Of a DNA stretch of 64,000 nucleotides, positions 31,075 through 44,082 are shown in pieces (positions within the stretch are counted from its first letter, which is position 1; each line of letters opens with the position of its first letter). The stretch is taken from assembly GCA_943704425.1 (NCBI GenBank), contig CALSCP010002426.1, positions 1-64,000 on the forward strand, read 5' to 3'. The translations under genes were made by a program, and so were the position numbers. Below the pieces are notes generated by a model. That model was not told the origin of the DNA, ran no database searches, and was given only the letters and a program-made list of their open reading frames with translations. This stretch comes from Ministeria vibrans ATCC 50519 (taxonomy: Eukaryota > Protista > Filasterea).

Positions 31075-33046
31075 ATGACTCGACCTGCAACTCGATCAAC
31101 TACGGCAGCTGCGAAGCAAACCGAGCGATCGTGGACGGCCGAGGAGCTCGCCAAGCACAACGTTCCGTCCGACTTGTACATTGCGATTCGTGGCAAGGTC
31201 CGGTCGTTTCGCTGTAGTCTTTACACAAATCCCACGGACTGTGTAGCCGCCCGGTCTCACCCCGCCTGCCACAGCATCCAACACACGCATCCCCTGCCCC
31301 TCAAGCGTTGAAATCCCCCGCGCCCTCCGTCGTCTGCGTCGCTCCCCAAGATCCCAACAATCATCGCGTGGTATCAGAAACTGCGTTTCTCTCTCACTCA
31401 CACACGCACTTTCTCGCACTCTGTAGGTGTACGACATCACCGACTTTGCCAAGCGTCACCCCGGCGGTATGGATGTGCTGCGCATTGCAGCTGGTCGTGA
31501 CGCGACCAATGTCTTTGAGATGTACCATCGGCTGTCGCTGCACGCCATGGTGCGCACGCTGCCGTGCATGGGCACCCTTGACCACGCCGAGCTGCCCACC
31601 TTCCCCGAGCCCAACGCCTTCTTCCGTACCGTCAAGCAGCGCGTCGAAGTATGTCTTGTTCTCCTTTTTCCACCTTGATCTTCCCACATTGACTGTTGCT
31701 TATTTTTCACTCGTGTAGGATCACTTTGTCAAGACAAAGCGCGATCCAAAGGTCGCACCGTGGATGTGGGTGCGCTACGCTCTCATCTACATGACCATCA
31801 TTGGAAGCTACCTGGTGCAGACGTTTGTCCTTGGCGACGACCAGTTTGCCGGCCGTCTCGCTCTGGCTCTGCCGCTGGGATTCGCCCTGGCGCTGCTGGG
31901 TCTCATGCCCATGCACGACGCAAGCCACTTTGCGGTGTCGTCGTCGCCGTGGGTCTGGCGTGCGCTGGGTGCCACTCACGACTTCCTTAACGGCGCGTCG
32001 TACTATGTGTGGCTGCAGCAGCACATGCTGGGCCACCACCCATACACCAACATTCATGGGGCGGACCCCGACGTCGACACCAACGAGGCCGATGTGCGCC
32101 GCATCAAGCACGTTCAGAACTGGTTTCCCTTCTACTTGCACCAGCACGTCTACGTGCCCCTGCTCTACGCGCTCCTTGGCCTCAAGACGCGTCTGCAGGA
32201 CATCACCATTGTCTATGTGCTCCGGCGCAACGGGGCAATCCGCGTCAACCCCCCGTCGCTCTGGCACCACACCGTCTTCATTTCCGGCAAACTCTTTTGG
32301 CTGTTCTGGCGCATCATCGTGCCCTTTGCCCTCATGCCGTGGTGGCAGGCCCTTGCCGTCTTTGCTCTGCAGGACATGGTCTCGTCTTACTGGCTTGCTC
32401 TCACCTTCCAGGCCAACCACGTTGTCCGCGACGTCGACTGGCCCGCCATGCCCGACACCCCCGACCGCCGCATTGACCTTGACTGGGCCACCATGCAGAT
32501 GCGCACCACCCAGGACTACGCCCATTCCTCCTGGTTCTGGAATGTCTTCTCCGGCGCTCTCAACCACCAAGTCACTCACCACATCTTCCCTGGCGTCTCT
32601 CAGGTATCTTCCCATTCCCATTTTTCTCTCTTATTTGCTGTTGCTCATCTTTGGTGTTTTGTACCTATCCACTTTCCTCTCATGTTTCTCTTTTGCATTT
32701 ACCCTCTCTTATCTCATCTTTCTCTTTTGCATTCCCACTTTCCTTTCTCTCATCTTTGGTGTTTTGTACCTATCCACTTTCCTCTCATATTTCTCTTTTG
32801 CATTTACCCTCTCCCATCTCATCTTTCTCTTTTGCATTCCCACTTATCTTTGGTGTTTTGTATCTATCCACTTTCCTCTCATCTTTCTCTTTTTCTTAGT
32901 ACTACTACCCAGAAGTATCGCCTATTGTTGCAGCAACCGCCCGCGAATTCAACGTCCCCTACCACTACAAGGAGACGTATGCGGGTGCGCTTGGCTCGCA
33001 CTTGGGCCATCTGTACGATCTCGGTCGCAAACCCTCAGCTGACTGA
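31075..33046 (+). CDS. Front-end (delta-5-type) fatty acid desaturase with fused cytochrome b5
   Basis: HPGG; His boxes HDASH, QHMLGHHPYTN and QVTHH; SGALNHQ; last exon YYYPEVSPIV..LYDLG. Confidence 0.93.
32645..32895. repeat. Intronic tandem duplication (~105-bp unit, ~2.5 copies)
   Basis: atctttggtgttttgtayctatccactttcctctcat recurs near 32648, 32752 and 32847. Confidence 0.85.
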
Positions 33047-33376
33047 ATTGTGAACTCCCGTTTTTGTTTTGTACTTTATCTCAATATTCTCTCAAGTCTG
33101 ATCACTCACTTCTCAATGCTATTAGCTATCTTCGGCCCATTTACCATTTACATCTTTTCTTTTGTTTTTTGTTTTCAATTGATCTTTTTCTCACTCAGTA
33201 GTTTGGGTAAGAAATAACTACGAATACTCATACTCGTACTCATTTTTTTTGTTAAAAAGAAAAGCCGCTCTTTGTTCGCCCGAATTGAGAGGTATCGCCC
33301 TGCCCAGCCCCGCCCGCCGTGTCTCTTGCTATTCTCCTCTCAGCACACTGCCCTAGTACTCCTTTTTCGCACTTTG

Positions 33377-33407
<31 letters not shown>

Positions 33408-33870
33408 TTTTTTTGCAACGTCACGTCTGCCAAACAGCTCTCGCGAAGGGACCAGCGCCCGGTCTGCCGCCTGCGCCGACCTTCGCGTGCGGTCTCCGCC
33501 GTGCCTGTGGGCCATCAACACCCCCCGCCGCCCCTCCTGGTCTTCTCTGATGAGACCTTTGCCGAGTTTTCCTTTTTTTTGTGCTATGCGTTGCTGTCTC
33601 CTTATCGTCTTCCCTACACCACACTCAACTCGCCCTTGCCTGGTCTCCGACCGCCCCTTGCGCTATCTCCCATATGCCTTCCCTCTCGCACCACCGCCAC
33701 TGCCCAACAGTGTCTGCTTCACCAAACATCATGCAAAGTTTTTTTTTTTTCTTCTTTCATTTTATTTATTATTCTGCTTTTTTTTTTTTTTCAAATATTC
33801 ACTCTCGTCTCTTTGCAGCATTCTCTGCCACGTGTCTACAGCGTAACTGGAGAAGCAGGGCCTTGTTGAA

Positions 33871-36680
33871 ATGAGGTTACCGTTTGCGTGCTGCAAGTCG
33901 CCGCAGCCCGAGGCAATCGACTACAGCGAATTTGAATTGACGGCTCTTCCTCGTGATGTGCTGCAAGCGGAGAAGGAGCTGCGCGAGCTCAATCTCGACG
34001 GCAACTCCTTCGCCAATTTGCCCGAGGCCATTCTGCGACTGGAGCACCTCGTGGTCCTCTCGGCGCGCCACAACAAGATCAGTTCGTTGCCCCCAACGCT
34101 GTCACCGTTGCGTGCGCTCCAGGAACTCCGTCTGAGCAACAACGACCTCGAAGAGCTACCCGATCGATTTGGCGAACTCTCTTGCCACACCCTCTTACTC
34201 GACAGCAATGCCCTCTCATTTCTTCCCGCCTCCTTTGCTTCCATGTCTCTTACCTACCTCGACTTGTCCGAAAACCAAGTATGTCTGTCACACACACGCA
34301 ATAGTGATACATAATAATTGTTATTATAATCATTATACTCATAGTCACGTCACGTCACGTCTATGCATAATGAAATACACATAGAAAAACACTGAAATAC
34401 TCTACTGTAATATCTTTCTAGATCCCTATGCTACCTAGTAACTTTGGCGACCTCAAAGGGCTGCGTGAGTTGTGGATGCGCGAAAATCTGTTGCACGAGC
34501 TTCCGGCGAGTTTTGCACAGCTCAAAGAGCTCACCAAGCTGGGCATGTCGAACAACGTCCTGCAGACACTACCATCTAACTTTGGTGACCTCAAGGCACT
34601 CGAGGAATGCTGGATTGACGAGAATGAGATTCGGGCGTTGCCGGCGTCCATAGGCTCGCTCTCGTCATTGCGCCTTCTTGACGTCTCGCAGAACCAACTG
34701 TCGTCGTTGCCCGTCGAGTTTGGTCAGCTCACCAAGCTTACCGACCTCTGGCTGAAGAACAATCTCATTACAGAGATTCCAGCCGAGTTTGGCAACCTGT
34801 CGGCTTTGCAGACGCTCTGGCTCGAGAGCAACCGTCTCTTTGAGCTGCGCTTCTCCTTCCAGCGCATGCCGCAGCTCAAGGAACTGCGTCTCACCTGCAA
34901 TCGTCTTTCCAAGCTACCCGACAGCGTCGGCGAGCTTAGCTCCATGCACACACTCTACGTCGACAACAACCGTCTTGACGAACTGCCCGATGCCTTGTGC
35001 AAGTGTCGTATCCTGCGCAGTCTCTGGGTTGGTAACAACAACCTGCGCCGTCTGCCTGCAAGCTTGGGCCGTCTCACCGAGCTCGAGGTACTTGGCCTCA
35101 CCGGCAACGTCATCGATCAACTGCCCGTCTCCATGGTCAAACTGCCTCACCTCAGTGCCATCTGGATCCTCGACACACAACGCAAGCCACTGCCACCGCT
35201 GCATGTTGAGCGCACCCAAGAGGGCATGGAGATTGTCACTTGCATCTATTTGCCTCAGGTGCGCGACCAGCATGACAACGATAGCGACGACTCCGAGGAA
35301 AGTGATGACGAGGAGGAGGGAGAAGAGGAGGAGGAGGAGGATGACGAGCCTGTAGACCCAGCCGCCGAGCTGCTCGCCAAACAGGCTGCTGCGAAGGCTG
35401 CTCTCGCCGAACATGCCGCATCCGCCCGCGGCAGTGCTGCTGTTGCTGCCGCCAAGGCAGACTCAGCTACTACTACTTCTACTAAAACGACTGTTGTTGC
35501 TGATGTGACCGTCACCCCAGCTGCGACGATTGAACCTGAAGAGAACTCGTCAAAAGTGGGCGAGGATTCCGACAGTGCTGTCGTTGGTGCTTCAGCTGCA
35601 TCGACCGCTGTGCACGTCACCAAGCTGGGTCATGCGTTGGCGGATGATCTGCAAGATGATTGCGACTCGATGGCACCCGACGTGGGGACCAAAGAACCGT
35701 CGCTTGTTTCCTCCACAGGTGATCTGGCAGCTTCGTCAGACGTTCCACCCTCGCGCGCAAGCCAAAGACCACCGGGCTCGTCTCCACCCGCACCCAAGCG
35801 ACGTTCGCTGGAGTCGGCTGCCGAGCGAAGCCTCAGCGACGGACTGAGCGAACAGAGAGCCGTGTCTGTGTCACCCATTCTCGACGCCGACGTGTCCCCG
35901 TCCAACTCCGTGATGGCGTCGTCCAGTGCCGCAGCGGCGCTCGAGGAGAAGCGCGCGCGCCTGGCTGACATGGAAGAGGCGGAGCGTATCATGGAACTGG
36001 CAATGGCCGAGGCCGAGGCCGAGGCGGGCCTGGCTCCTACTGCCTCCGCGTCCGCTGGCGTTTCACCGCAACCCTCGTCTGCGTCTCCGGTCGTGGCCGT
36101 CGAAGGCGAGTCGAACGAAGAGAAAAAGGAGGAGGCGGAGACAAAGACTGGGACACCTGAGGCGGAAACAAAGACTGGGACACCTGAGGCGGAAACAAAG
36201 ACTGGGACACCTGAGGCGGAGACAAAGACTGTGACACCTGAGGCGGAGACAAAGACTGTGACACCTGAGGCGGAGACAAAGACTGTGACACCTGAGGCGG
36301 AGACAAAGACTGTGACACCTGAGGCGGAAGAGAAGGAGGAGGAGGAGGAGGAGGAGCCAAAGACAGAGACGTGTGAGGATGAGGATAAGGCCGAAGAGAC
36401 GCGCACCGAAGAACCAGAGGTGGTCGTAGCGCACGCTAATGGCACAGTGGCAGAGGAGACCAAGGCGAAGACCGAGGACACGATGGCGGCAGAGGCCGAA
36501 GCGGCGGACAATAAGGCCGCGGAGGCACTTGCAATGGAGTTTATGGCGGAGGCACGGGCCAACTCGATGGACGAAGCGGATGAGACGCCGACGGTCAGCG
36601 CGAGTGCATTGGGCACAGTCGATGCGTCCATTCTTACTCTCAGCGGAGCGTCTGCTGGTGTCCACGAAGAGACTGTATAA
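33871..36680 (+). CDS. LAP-family LRR protein (Scribble/Erbin/LRRC1-like) with LAPSD and no PDZ; acidic tail
   Basis: N-terminal PFACC..IDYS..LTALPRDV..EKELRELNLDGN; about 16 LRRs; LAPSD LSAIWILDTQRKPLPPLHVERTQEGMEIVTCIYLPQ; one intron at ~34279-34421. Confidence 0.85.
36131..36327 (+). repeat. 27-bp coding tandem repeat (PEAETKT[G/V]T), about 7 copies
   Basis: gaggcggagacaaagactg(g/t)gacacct read directly. Confidence 0.95.
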
Positions 36681-36829
36681 TTGTGTCTTCGTCCACCACT
36701 TTTTCTTTTTCTCCCTTCTCTTCTCTTCCTTCCCTTCATCATGTACAATAGCAACAAACCAAAATTAATTATTTTATTATTATTATAAGACGTATTCTAT
36801 TCAATGTATTAAAAAGGAGTGTGCGAGAA

Positions 36830-37180
36830 TCAGGGCTGAGGAGGGTGCTCGGTGGTATAGGCACGGGCAATGCCAGTCTGGCCCGCAATGGCATCGACAA
36901 CGGGGGTCTGGCCCAGACACGGCTCAAGGCCCTGGAAGGACCTCCCGGCCAGGAAGGAGGCCGCCGGACTGTGTACTGCCAGAGCACCCGACGCCATCCG
37001 CACTGCAACCGCCGTCGTTCGTGCCCCTGCAACTCCCTCTCCCTCGTTCGCCCCGGCCCCTCCTCCGCTGTACAGTCGCTGGCTCACCAATGAGTGTCGG
37101 ATGTGCTCCACTGCGTCACCCTCTTGGCCACCCTCTTCCCCTATCGCAGCCTCTTCTTCTTCTTCACCTGCTCCTCCTCC

Positions 37181-37211
<31 letters not shown>

Positions 37212-38581
37212 GCTGTTGCTGCTGCTGCTGTGGCATCGGCGTCGGCAAGAACCCCGCGGAAATCGGTAGAGTAGGCACCGGTCCAGGCGACATCGTCGCG
37301 GCAGGCAAGATCCATCTCAAAGGGCGTGACGACGGGCCGGAAGAAGTCGCGCGAGTCGAGCAGCGCATGCTCGGCACACGCAACCAGCACAAAGCAATCA
37401 ATCTCCTGGAAGTTGGCCATCTTGGCAACATTGAGCTTGCCCATGACAAAAGTGTATGCTTTCTTGCCGGCACGCTCAATGCGGGTGCGCAAATGAGCAA
37501 TGACGTCGAGGTAGCGGCGCACGCCCAGAGTGCCAGCCACAATGCCCACAACCGCCGCATTGCGCGCTCGCTCCACCATGTAGTACCGTCGCATCAGCGC
37601 CTGGTTCACATTCACCGTCTCCCGTCGCCCCTCCCGCCGCTCCGGGTCGTACGTCATGAACGCCCCATAGCCACTGTGCGCCATCATGAGACTCGTCAGC
37701 GCTGCACTCGAACTCGCCCCGACAAACACCAGCGAGACCGCCTCGTCCGCCACCCCCGCCTCCACTGCAAACACACGTCCCAGAAGTGCCGTCGATTCTG
37801 CCTCCTGCGTCCCCTCCTGCGTCTCTGGCAGTGCCAAGCTGCTCACTACAAGGTGTGTGTAGTCGTCCAGGCGCTGCGCAAGCCCATCTACATAAACATA
37901 AAAAAATACCATCATCTCGCATTCCATCGATCCCTCCTCACACGCATACACTTGCTTACCAATGGCATGAGCATACACGGTGTCGTAGACAAGCACAATG
38001 TGCGCTGTTCGATCAGGAATGAGCGAGCGCATCGTCTCGAGCGCATGCCCAACATCCAGAGTCGCGCGTCCAAACACATAGCGCACCGGCAATCGCTGTG
38101 TTGGACTTAAACATGATCGCCCCACGTGGATGACGGCGTCGGCGCTCCCGTGCTGCGCTGCAACTTCGTCCACACAGCAAGCGCCGTACGACGTGTCGCC
38201 CAGCACAAAAAGTCTCGCGCGCTGCTCTGTGCTCGCGTGCTGCTCGAGCGCCGCCTCCAGCATGCTTATTAACCTTGCTGCATCAACAAGAAGCTCGTCG
38301 GCAATCTGGACGGCAACCTACACACACAGTGGGGCGTCAGGCGCTGCAAACGTGTCCCTCTCGCTCGTACGCGTTGGTGGCGTCGCTCACTAATCCATCG
38401 TGCACACGATTCAACCTCGTAGTACTCGCAAAACGCATCGTCGGAGACATTTCCCACCCCATGTGTCCCCACAGTCACCTTGAGAGTGAGGAAAAGTCGT
38501 GAGAAGCGGTGGAAAAGAGCGGAGAGGCGATACCTTTCTGTTAATCACGTCGGAGCCATCATCGCTAAAGGGCACCGCCAT
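36830..38581 (-). CDS. DPH2: Diphthamide biosynthesis protein 2
   Basis: MAVPFSDDGS; LGDTSYGACCVDEVAAQH; VHVGRSCLSP..LPVRYVFG; GKLNVAKMANFQEIDCFVLVAC; RSFQGLE..GQTGIARAY. Confidence 0.95.
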
Positions 38582-38898
38582 TTGGGAAACAAAGCACAGG
38601 TTGGGAAGGCTATACAGCAGATATTGCAAAGGCCAAAGAGAGTAACAGAATTGTTCAAACTTCAAACTTCAAACTTTTAAATGATTATCACTGAAAGTGA
38701 AGAATGGAGTAATGTCAATTCCCATCGTTCTGCCGTTAGTGCCGTAGACTTAAGACTACTTAAACTTTAAACTAGTCCCAAAACCCAAAATGTTTAAAAC
38801 GCACTGAAAAGACCAAAATTCAGGCCCGTTAATATTGATGAGACGTCTTGTGTGTTTGTATTGTATAATGTACAGCATGCCTACAGGTGTATTCTGGT

Positions 38899-39916
38899 TC
38901 AGTTCTGGGCATCATGAAGAACAGCAGGAATTGGGAGGAGCCAGTGCCACCAGCGACGGCGGCGGTTGCGGACGAGGGTGCGCCAGCGAGAGAGGCGGGA
39001 GCGGCCGCAGACACAGACGGGACGGGTGGGTCCACACGCGGCACACACGGGCTGGAAGGCGTTGGAAACAGACGACGACGCCAGGCGTGCAAGAACGCCA
39101 ACTGTTGTGGTGTTTTTGATCAGCAACATGGTGTGAAACGACCAGAAGAGCACCATAAAAAGCGAGAGCATTGCGACCGGTCCAAATAGCACCGCGGCAT
39201 CGTTGACGACGTGACACTCGACTGGAAGCATCACGCCGCGTGGTGCATTCCACCAGCAGGCAAAGAACGGCTGTATGGTCAGTATGGAGGCCACGAGCGT
39301 GCCCGCGAGCGCCCAAGTGAGAAAGGAGTAGAAGTAGACGAGGTTGCCGGCACCGACGCAGCCCAACGTAAAGGGACAGTGATGGCACAAGTGCGCCACG
39401 CACACCCCACAGCGTCTGCAGTGCACACTGCCCGGTGTCTGTCGCACCGAGCACGAGTCGCACCACGCAAGTGGAGGCTCAATTGTGTCGTCTGCGTCGC
39501 CGGGGGGTGCGACTCCGGCCGGCACTCGCACTGCCTGCACGAAATTGTACACCCCATTGATCCACATGTAGCTCACGAGAACCCCCAGGATGCGCCCTCG
39601 CGTGCTCTCCCAGGGGGACGCCGGATGGCAGGTGTAGGGCAAGAGGACAAGGTAGAAATACAGAATGGCTAGGGAAAGAGGTGAGAAAGAAACAAAGTGA
39701 TAGAGAGAGGTCAAAGAAGGCGACAGGCCGACGAGCACGCTTACACACGACTCCAATGAACCAGACCAGCAGAAACAGAATCACATCGCCAGCATTGCGC
39801 GCGATTCGGTGGAGAATGCGGGCGCGGGAGCGGGGACAGCAGCCGCGCACGACCTCAAGGATGACGGGGATCTGCAGGACGAACACGGCGCCAATGACAA
39901 TCGCAACAAGCGTCAT
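38899..39916 (-). CDS. zDHHC-family S-acyltransferase with a CHHC variant motif
   Basis: Cys-rich domain WCDSC..PGSVHCRRCGVCVAHLCHHCPFTLGCVGAGN..YF; flanking TM helices; NTTTV (TTxE-like). Confidence 0.85.
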
Positions 39917-40065
39917 GGCAACGCTCAGCAATGCTTCCCCAACTGACGACTCTCCAGCCGAAGGACTGACTTGCGAGTTGGGAGAAGTACAAAATTGTGT
40001 GAAATCAAATTATAAACGAATGATTATCTCACTTTTCTTCACTTTTTCTTATCTTAAGTCGGGCC

Positions 40066-41436
40066 ATGTCGGAAACACGAAGGAGAGTGCGAGATTTGCT
40101 GTCGGGGATGGTAGATGGATGTGATAGCGGATCGAAATCGTAAGAGTCGAATAGGCTGCGTTCCTTCACAATGAGAAGAAGAAGACACTTCCAATGTATT
40201 AATTCTTAATGCTGTCGCTCTGTCCCCAGTCCCATTCTGCCGCGCTCGGAAACTGCTCCGTCGTGCCGTCCATGGTCGCGGGGTGACTATGTTGCACGCG
40301 TCGAGTCCTTTACGGTACGCGGGCCCTTCGACCGACGCCGCTGTCTGACCTTCTTTGTGCATGTCATGTCGCAGCCGCCAAAGTGGTTTGGAAAGCCTTC
40401 AAGCATCTCGCCGCTACAGTGCGCGCGGTATGGCTGGCGCAACACCCAGACTGACACCATTGTGTGCGTGAGCTGTCAGCAGAAACTCGAGTGTGTCCTT
40501 GGCGTCAAGTCGAGCAACGCAGAACGTACAACTGTGCATACTCGCTCGAGTGCATTATCTCATTTACGCCATTGCATCCTTTTGCGTAGGATTCAAAGAG
40601 TTCAGCCGAATACAAACCGGACTTAATGATGCGCACCAGGCGCTGTGTCCCTGGCGAGAGAATTCGTGCGCCGGTATGGAAACGTACAAGCGCAGTGAGT
40701 GCTCTAACATGATTGTACCCATTCAACACAACACGGATGTAGAGACGTTTATGATGGACTCTTTTCCAGTGGCAAGCAGCGTAGAAATGGTGGAGTGGGC
40801 GCGTGCACGCGTCAGGCACATTGAGAGAAGGTTGTTTCCTGGGGAGACGCTGGCGCAGTTGAGCATGGAGACGGAGAGAGCGTGGGACACAGTGGCGGCG
40901 GGTGTGGGCGCAGAGGCGAGTGCACTTCGTCGCATCCTTGTTGGACTACTTGGAGTGCCAGAAAAACACCAATTGGTGCTGCTTGCATTGCTGGGCTGGA
41001 AGGTGAAGGATAAGGAAGAGGACTCGGCGGGTGCGCTTGAGGGACGTGCGCGTGTTCTGGTGTGTGGCTCGTGTAGGCGGCAGGTTGGTCTGTGGGCGCA
41101 CGAGAGTGTTGGTGAAGAAGGGCCCACCGGCGGTGCCAAGCGGCAGCGTCTCTCAGGCAGCGATGTAGGCGCAGTGGCGGGGACGACAAGTACGCTTAAC
41201 CCCGTGACGGCACACCGTCTCTACTGCCCCTGGGTGCATGCGGTGGCGTCCACCGACACTGCCTGTGTGCGTGTGTGTACACTGCTGTTGGCCGATCGCC
41301 CTGCAACTGGATCGCTCTCTCGTGCTCACGACGTACCGCGCAACACGACGGAGAGGAAGCACTTAACACATTGTTTGTTTCATAGCCCGAGGCCGCGTAT
41401 GAGAAGGTCAAGAAGATGCTTGGCGGGACTGAGTGA
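40066..41436 (+). CDS. ZC3HC1: ZC3HC1/NIPA (Rsm1/Pml39-like C3HC zinc-finger protein)
   Basis: CRPWSRGDYVARVESFT-PPKWFGKPSSISPLQCARYGW..CVSC; H.ALCPW; LALLGW..CGSCRRQVGLW; NPVTAHRLYCPWV. Confidence 0.9.
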
Positions 41437-41649
41437 AGTGTGAACGGCCGTATGCTGCGATTGTGTAATTATTAACGAAACGGATACAACATTTCCCCTT
41501 AATCAAGAGTGCAAGTTTGAGACAAAATCAGTCTTGGATTTTAGAAATAATCAAGGAAGACACAAAATCTATCTCAGTCCTAAACTTTAACTTTTAAGAT
41601 AGAAATTAATATTAAATATTACTCAAATTCCACTCAATCACGGATTGAC

Positions 41650-42010
41650 ATGTTGAGGCTAGTGCTGGCGTCGGTGGCGTCGTCACGGCCCGCGCTCTCC
41701 TCGTTACTACAGCCTGTGCGTCTGGTGCACAAGCACAAACGAAGATTGCAATACAAATGGTTCGTTGCGTCGCTCTATGCGCCTCCCCCGCCCCTGCACG
41801 CCCCTGCCCGGCACCGCTGCTGCGCATGTGCCGCCTGCGTCCGTGCCGCGCGGGTGCTGATGTGCCTGTTTGCGTAGGACGGGCGTGTCGTACTATCGCA
41901 AGGAAGAAGCAGTGCCGACGGAGGAGGTGCCCATGGGCGAACTCACCCCCGAGTACCTGGAGCAGGCCGACAAGGAGTCCACCCAGAACAACAAGGCCTT
42001 TGACTTTCAG
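41650..42010 (+). CDS. MRPS22: Mitochondrial ribosomal protein mS22-like, 5' exons (truncated at gap)
   Basis: Mitochondrial presequence; LQYKWTGVSY..GELTPEYLEQADKE resembles MRPS22 ILTKMTGLNL..KLMTQAQLEEATRQ. Confidence 0.55.
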
Positions 42011-42214
42011 GTGCCAAATCAATTTCTTTTTTTTTTTTTTTTTTTGTTTTTTTTTCNNNNNNNNAGAATAGAGAGAAAGAAACAAAGTAATAGAGAGAAA
42101 GAAACAAAGTGATAGAGATAGGAGCACTACTTCTCAATGTTTACACAAAAAGAAACAAGAACAGCTGTTGTTGTGGTATGTGTGTAATTGACACAGTATT
42201 ATTCATTTTTTTAG

Positions 42215-42801
42215 GTATCAATGGGCCCATTGGCGCTTTCGATGTTTTCGTCTTCGCGTTTTGCAGTTCCTCCAGTGGACATTGTGCTTCTCACTCGGTT
42301 TATGCCCCTTCTTAGTGAACTGTTGGTCGACGATCAAATCCGTTTGGTAATTTTTTCTCTCTATCACTTTGTTCCTTCACTCTGTATTCCATTGTTTTTT
42401 TTTTCTCTCTATCACTTTGTTCCTTCACTCTGTATTCCATTGTTTTTTTTTTCTCTCTATTACTTTGTTTCTTTCTTCCTCCTTTCTCTCTTTCGCTCTA
42501 ACTTTGTTTGTGTGTTTTATATTTGTTTTTAGCTTTTGGGTTCGGATAAGCTCCCCGATCGGCCAATCCCAAATGTTTTTGCTGAGTATCTCTCGTCAAA
42601 TTATCTCGCGCAAAGAGTAAGTGGAATGATCGTATCAATGGATGTAAATCAATTTTGGCTCAGTCTCTCGCAGTCGCTTTTTCGTTTGTGATTTCATTTT
42701 GCGTCTCGACGTGACTTTTTATTTTCTGATTGTCGTATTTTAAACGTGAAATTTACAAAGTGCCACCGATACATACAAAGTCGCAGTCACACATACATAC
42801 C

Positions 42802-42836
<35 letters not shown>

Positions 42837-43531
42837 GACTCAGTCTTTTTATCTTAACTGAACCATATCTTTACAATTCCAGCTGTTCCTCTACTACACT
42901 CTGCACAGTGTATCGTCTGCCAACGGCCCTGCTGTCTCTCGTGCCCTCTCCCTTATTCCTCCTTCCTTCCTCCCTCTTATCGCCTCCGACAGACCATATA
43001 TCTCCTCTTTACTTTCTTCTCTCGATTCCCTTTCTCAGGTATGTCCTCTCTTTGATTTCTTTTTGGTCACTTACACACACTCTCTCTCACTTTCTCGATT
43101 TGTAGAGCACTTCTGACTACTTAATTGTGTTTGATTCCGTGTTAAATGGCCTATTTGCGAAAATCATTCTACTCTCTCAATGGACTCACAAACAAGTCAG
43201 TTTTTCTTTCTTTTCAGTCTGCGATATCTCATTCATTTCTGTTTCAGATTGTCGTGTGGCTCTGTCAATCGCACAAGCAATTTTCCGACGAAATTCTTTT
43301 TGCATTTCTCCTCAAAGTCACCCAGTCTCTGCCCAAACCCGAAAAATCCGTACGTGTCAAAAATTCTTCTAATTGATCATTGCTCATTTCGTTCTCGCCT
43401 CGTTTCTTTCTGGTGTACAGTCAGCGTTGGAAGAGGCGTATTTTGAGCTGATTCAGCAACTGTTCGCGCGACTGGTCGACACGCCCGACCAAGGGGCGTT
43501 CCTGCTTGACTTTGTTGGCTATGACGAATGA
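42215..43531 (+). CDS. NELFB: Negative elongation factor B (COBRA1), 3' part only
   Basis: MGPLALSMFSSSRFAVPPVDIVLLTRFMPLLSELLVDDQIR matches NELF-B LGxxAWxMIxSQxFKEPKxxxxLITRFLPxLMSxxVDD. Next exons include LFLYYTLH and DSVLNGLF..THKQ. The 5' half is missing beyond the gap at 42057-42064. Confidence 0.75.
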
Positions 43532-43857
43532 ACGTCATACTGACGGTTACAAATTAATACTCGCTTGTAATTATTAGTGTTATGACGGAGAAGAGTGAAA
43601 CGTTTTTTTCGTTTACTCAAGCAGAAGAAACAATACAATGGAGCGTAATACAATAATTCAGTCATAACTCTAAACTCATAGCCCCCAAGAAGATGAAGCA
43701 CCCATCGAGAATGCCCAAGTGGTTCGTAATAGGCTCACTTCACTGCTTCCAAATCACAGTCTTAGACTGAGACCTAACCTAAAATTTTAATTTTTGATAT
43801 TCATTTTTTTCAACGCCCACCACCGTCGATCGACTACAGTACACACACCCAGTCAGT

Positions 43858-44037
43858 ATGGGCGGAAAAGGATCGAAAGAAAGTACGATTATAACGATGC
43901 GAACTTGCCGTCTCCAAACACGCGCAGCGCAGCGCACACGACCCCACGCCGTCGCGCATGCCACCCTATGGCCCGACTTCCATCGATGCAATGCATTCCT
44001 GCCCCATCTGAAGCTGTCGCGGTTTTCTTCTTCAACA

Positions 44038-44082
<45 letters not shown>

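Noticed and set aside
40030-40068. zDHHC and ZC3HC1 start codons overlapping at one CATG palindrome (40065-40068)
   Set aside because: An in-frame upstream zDHHC exon can be drawn, but each promoter would then lie in the other gene's CDS. A start at 39916 is simpler. 5' RACE would settle it.
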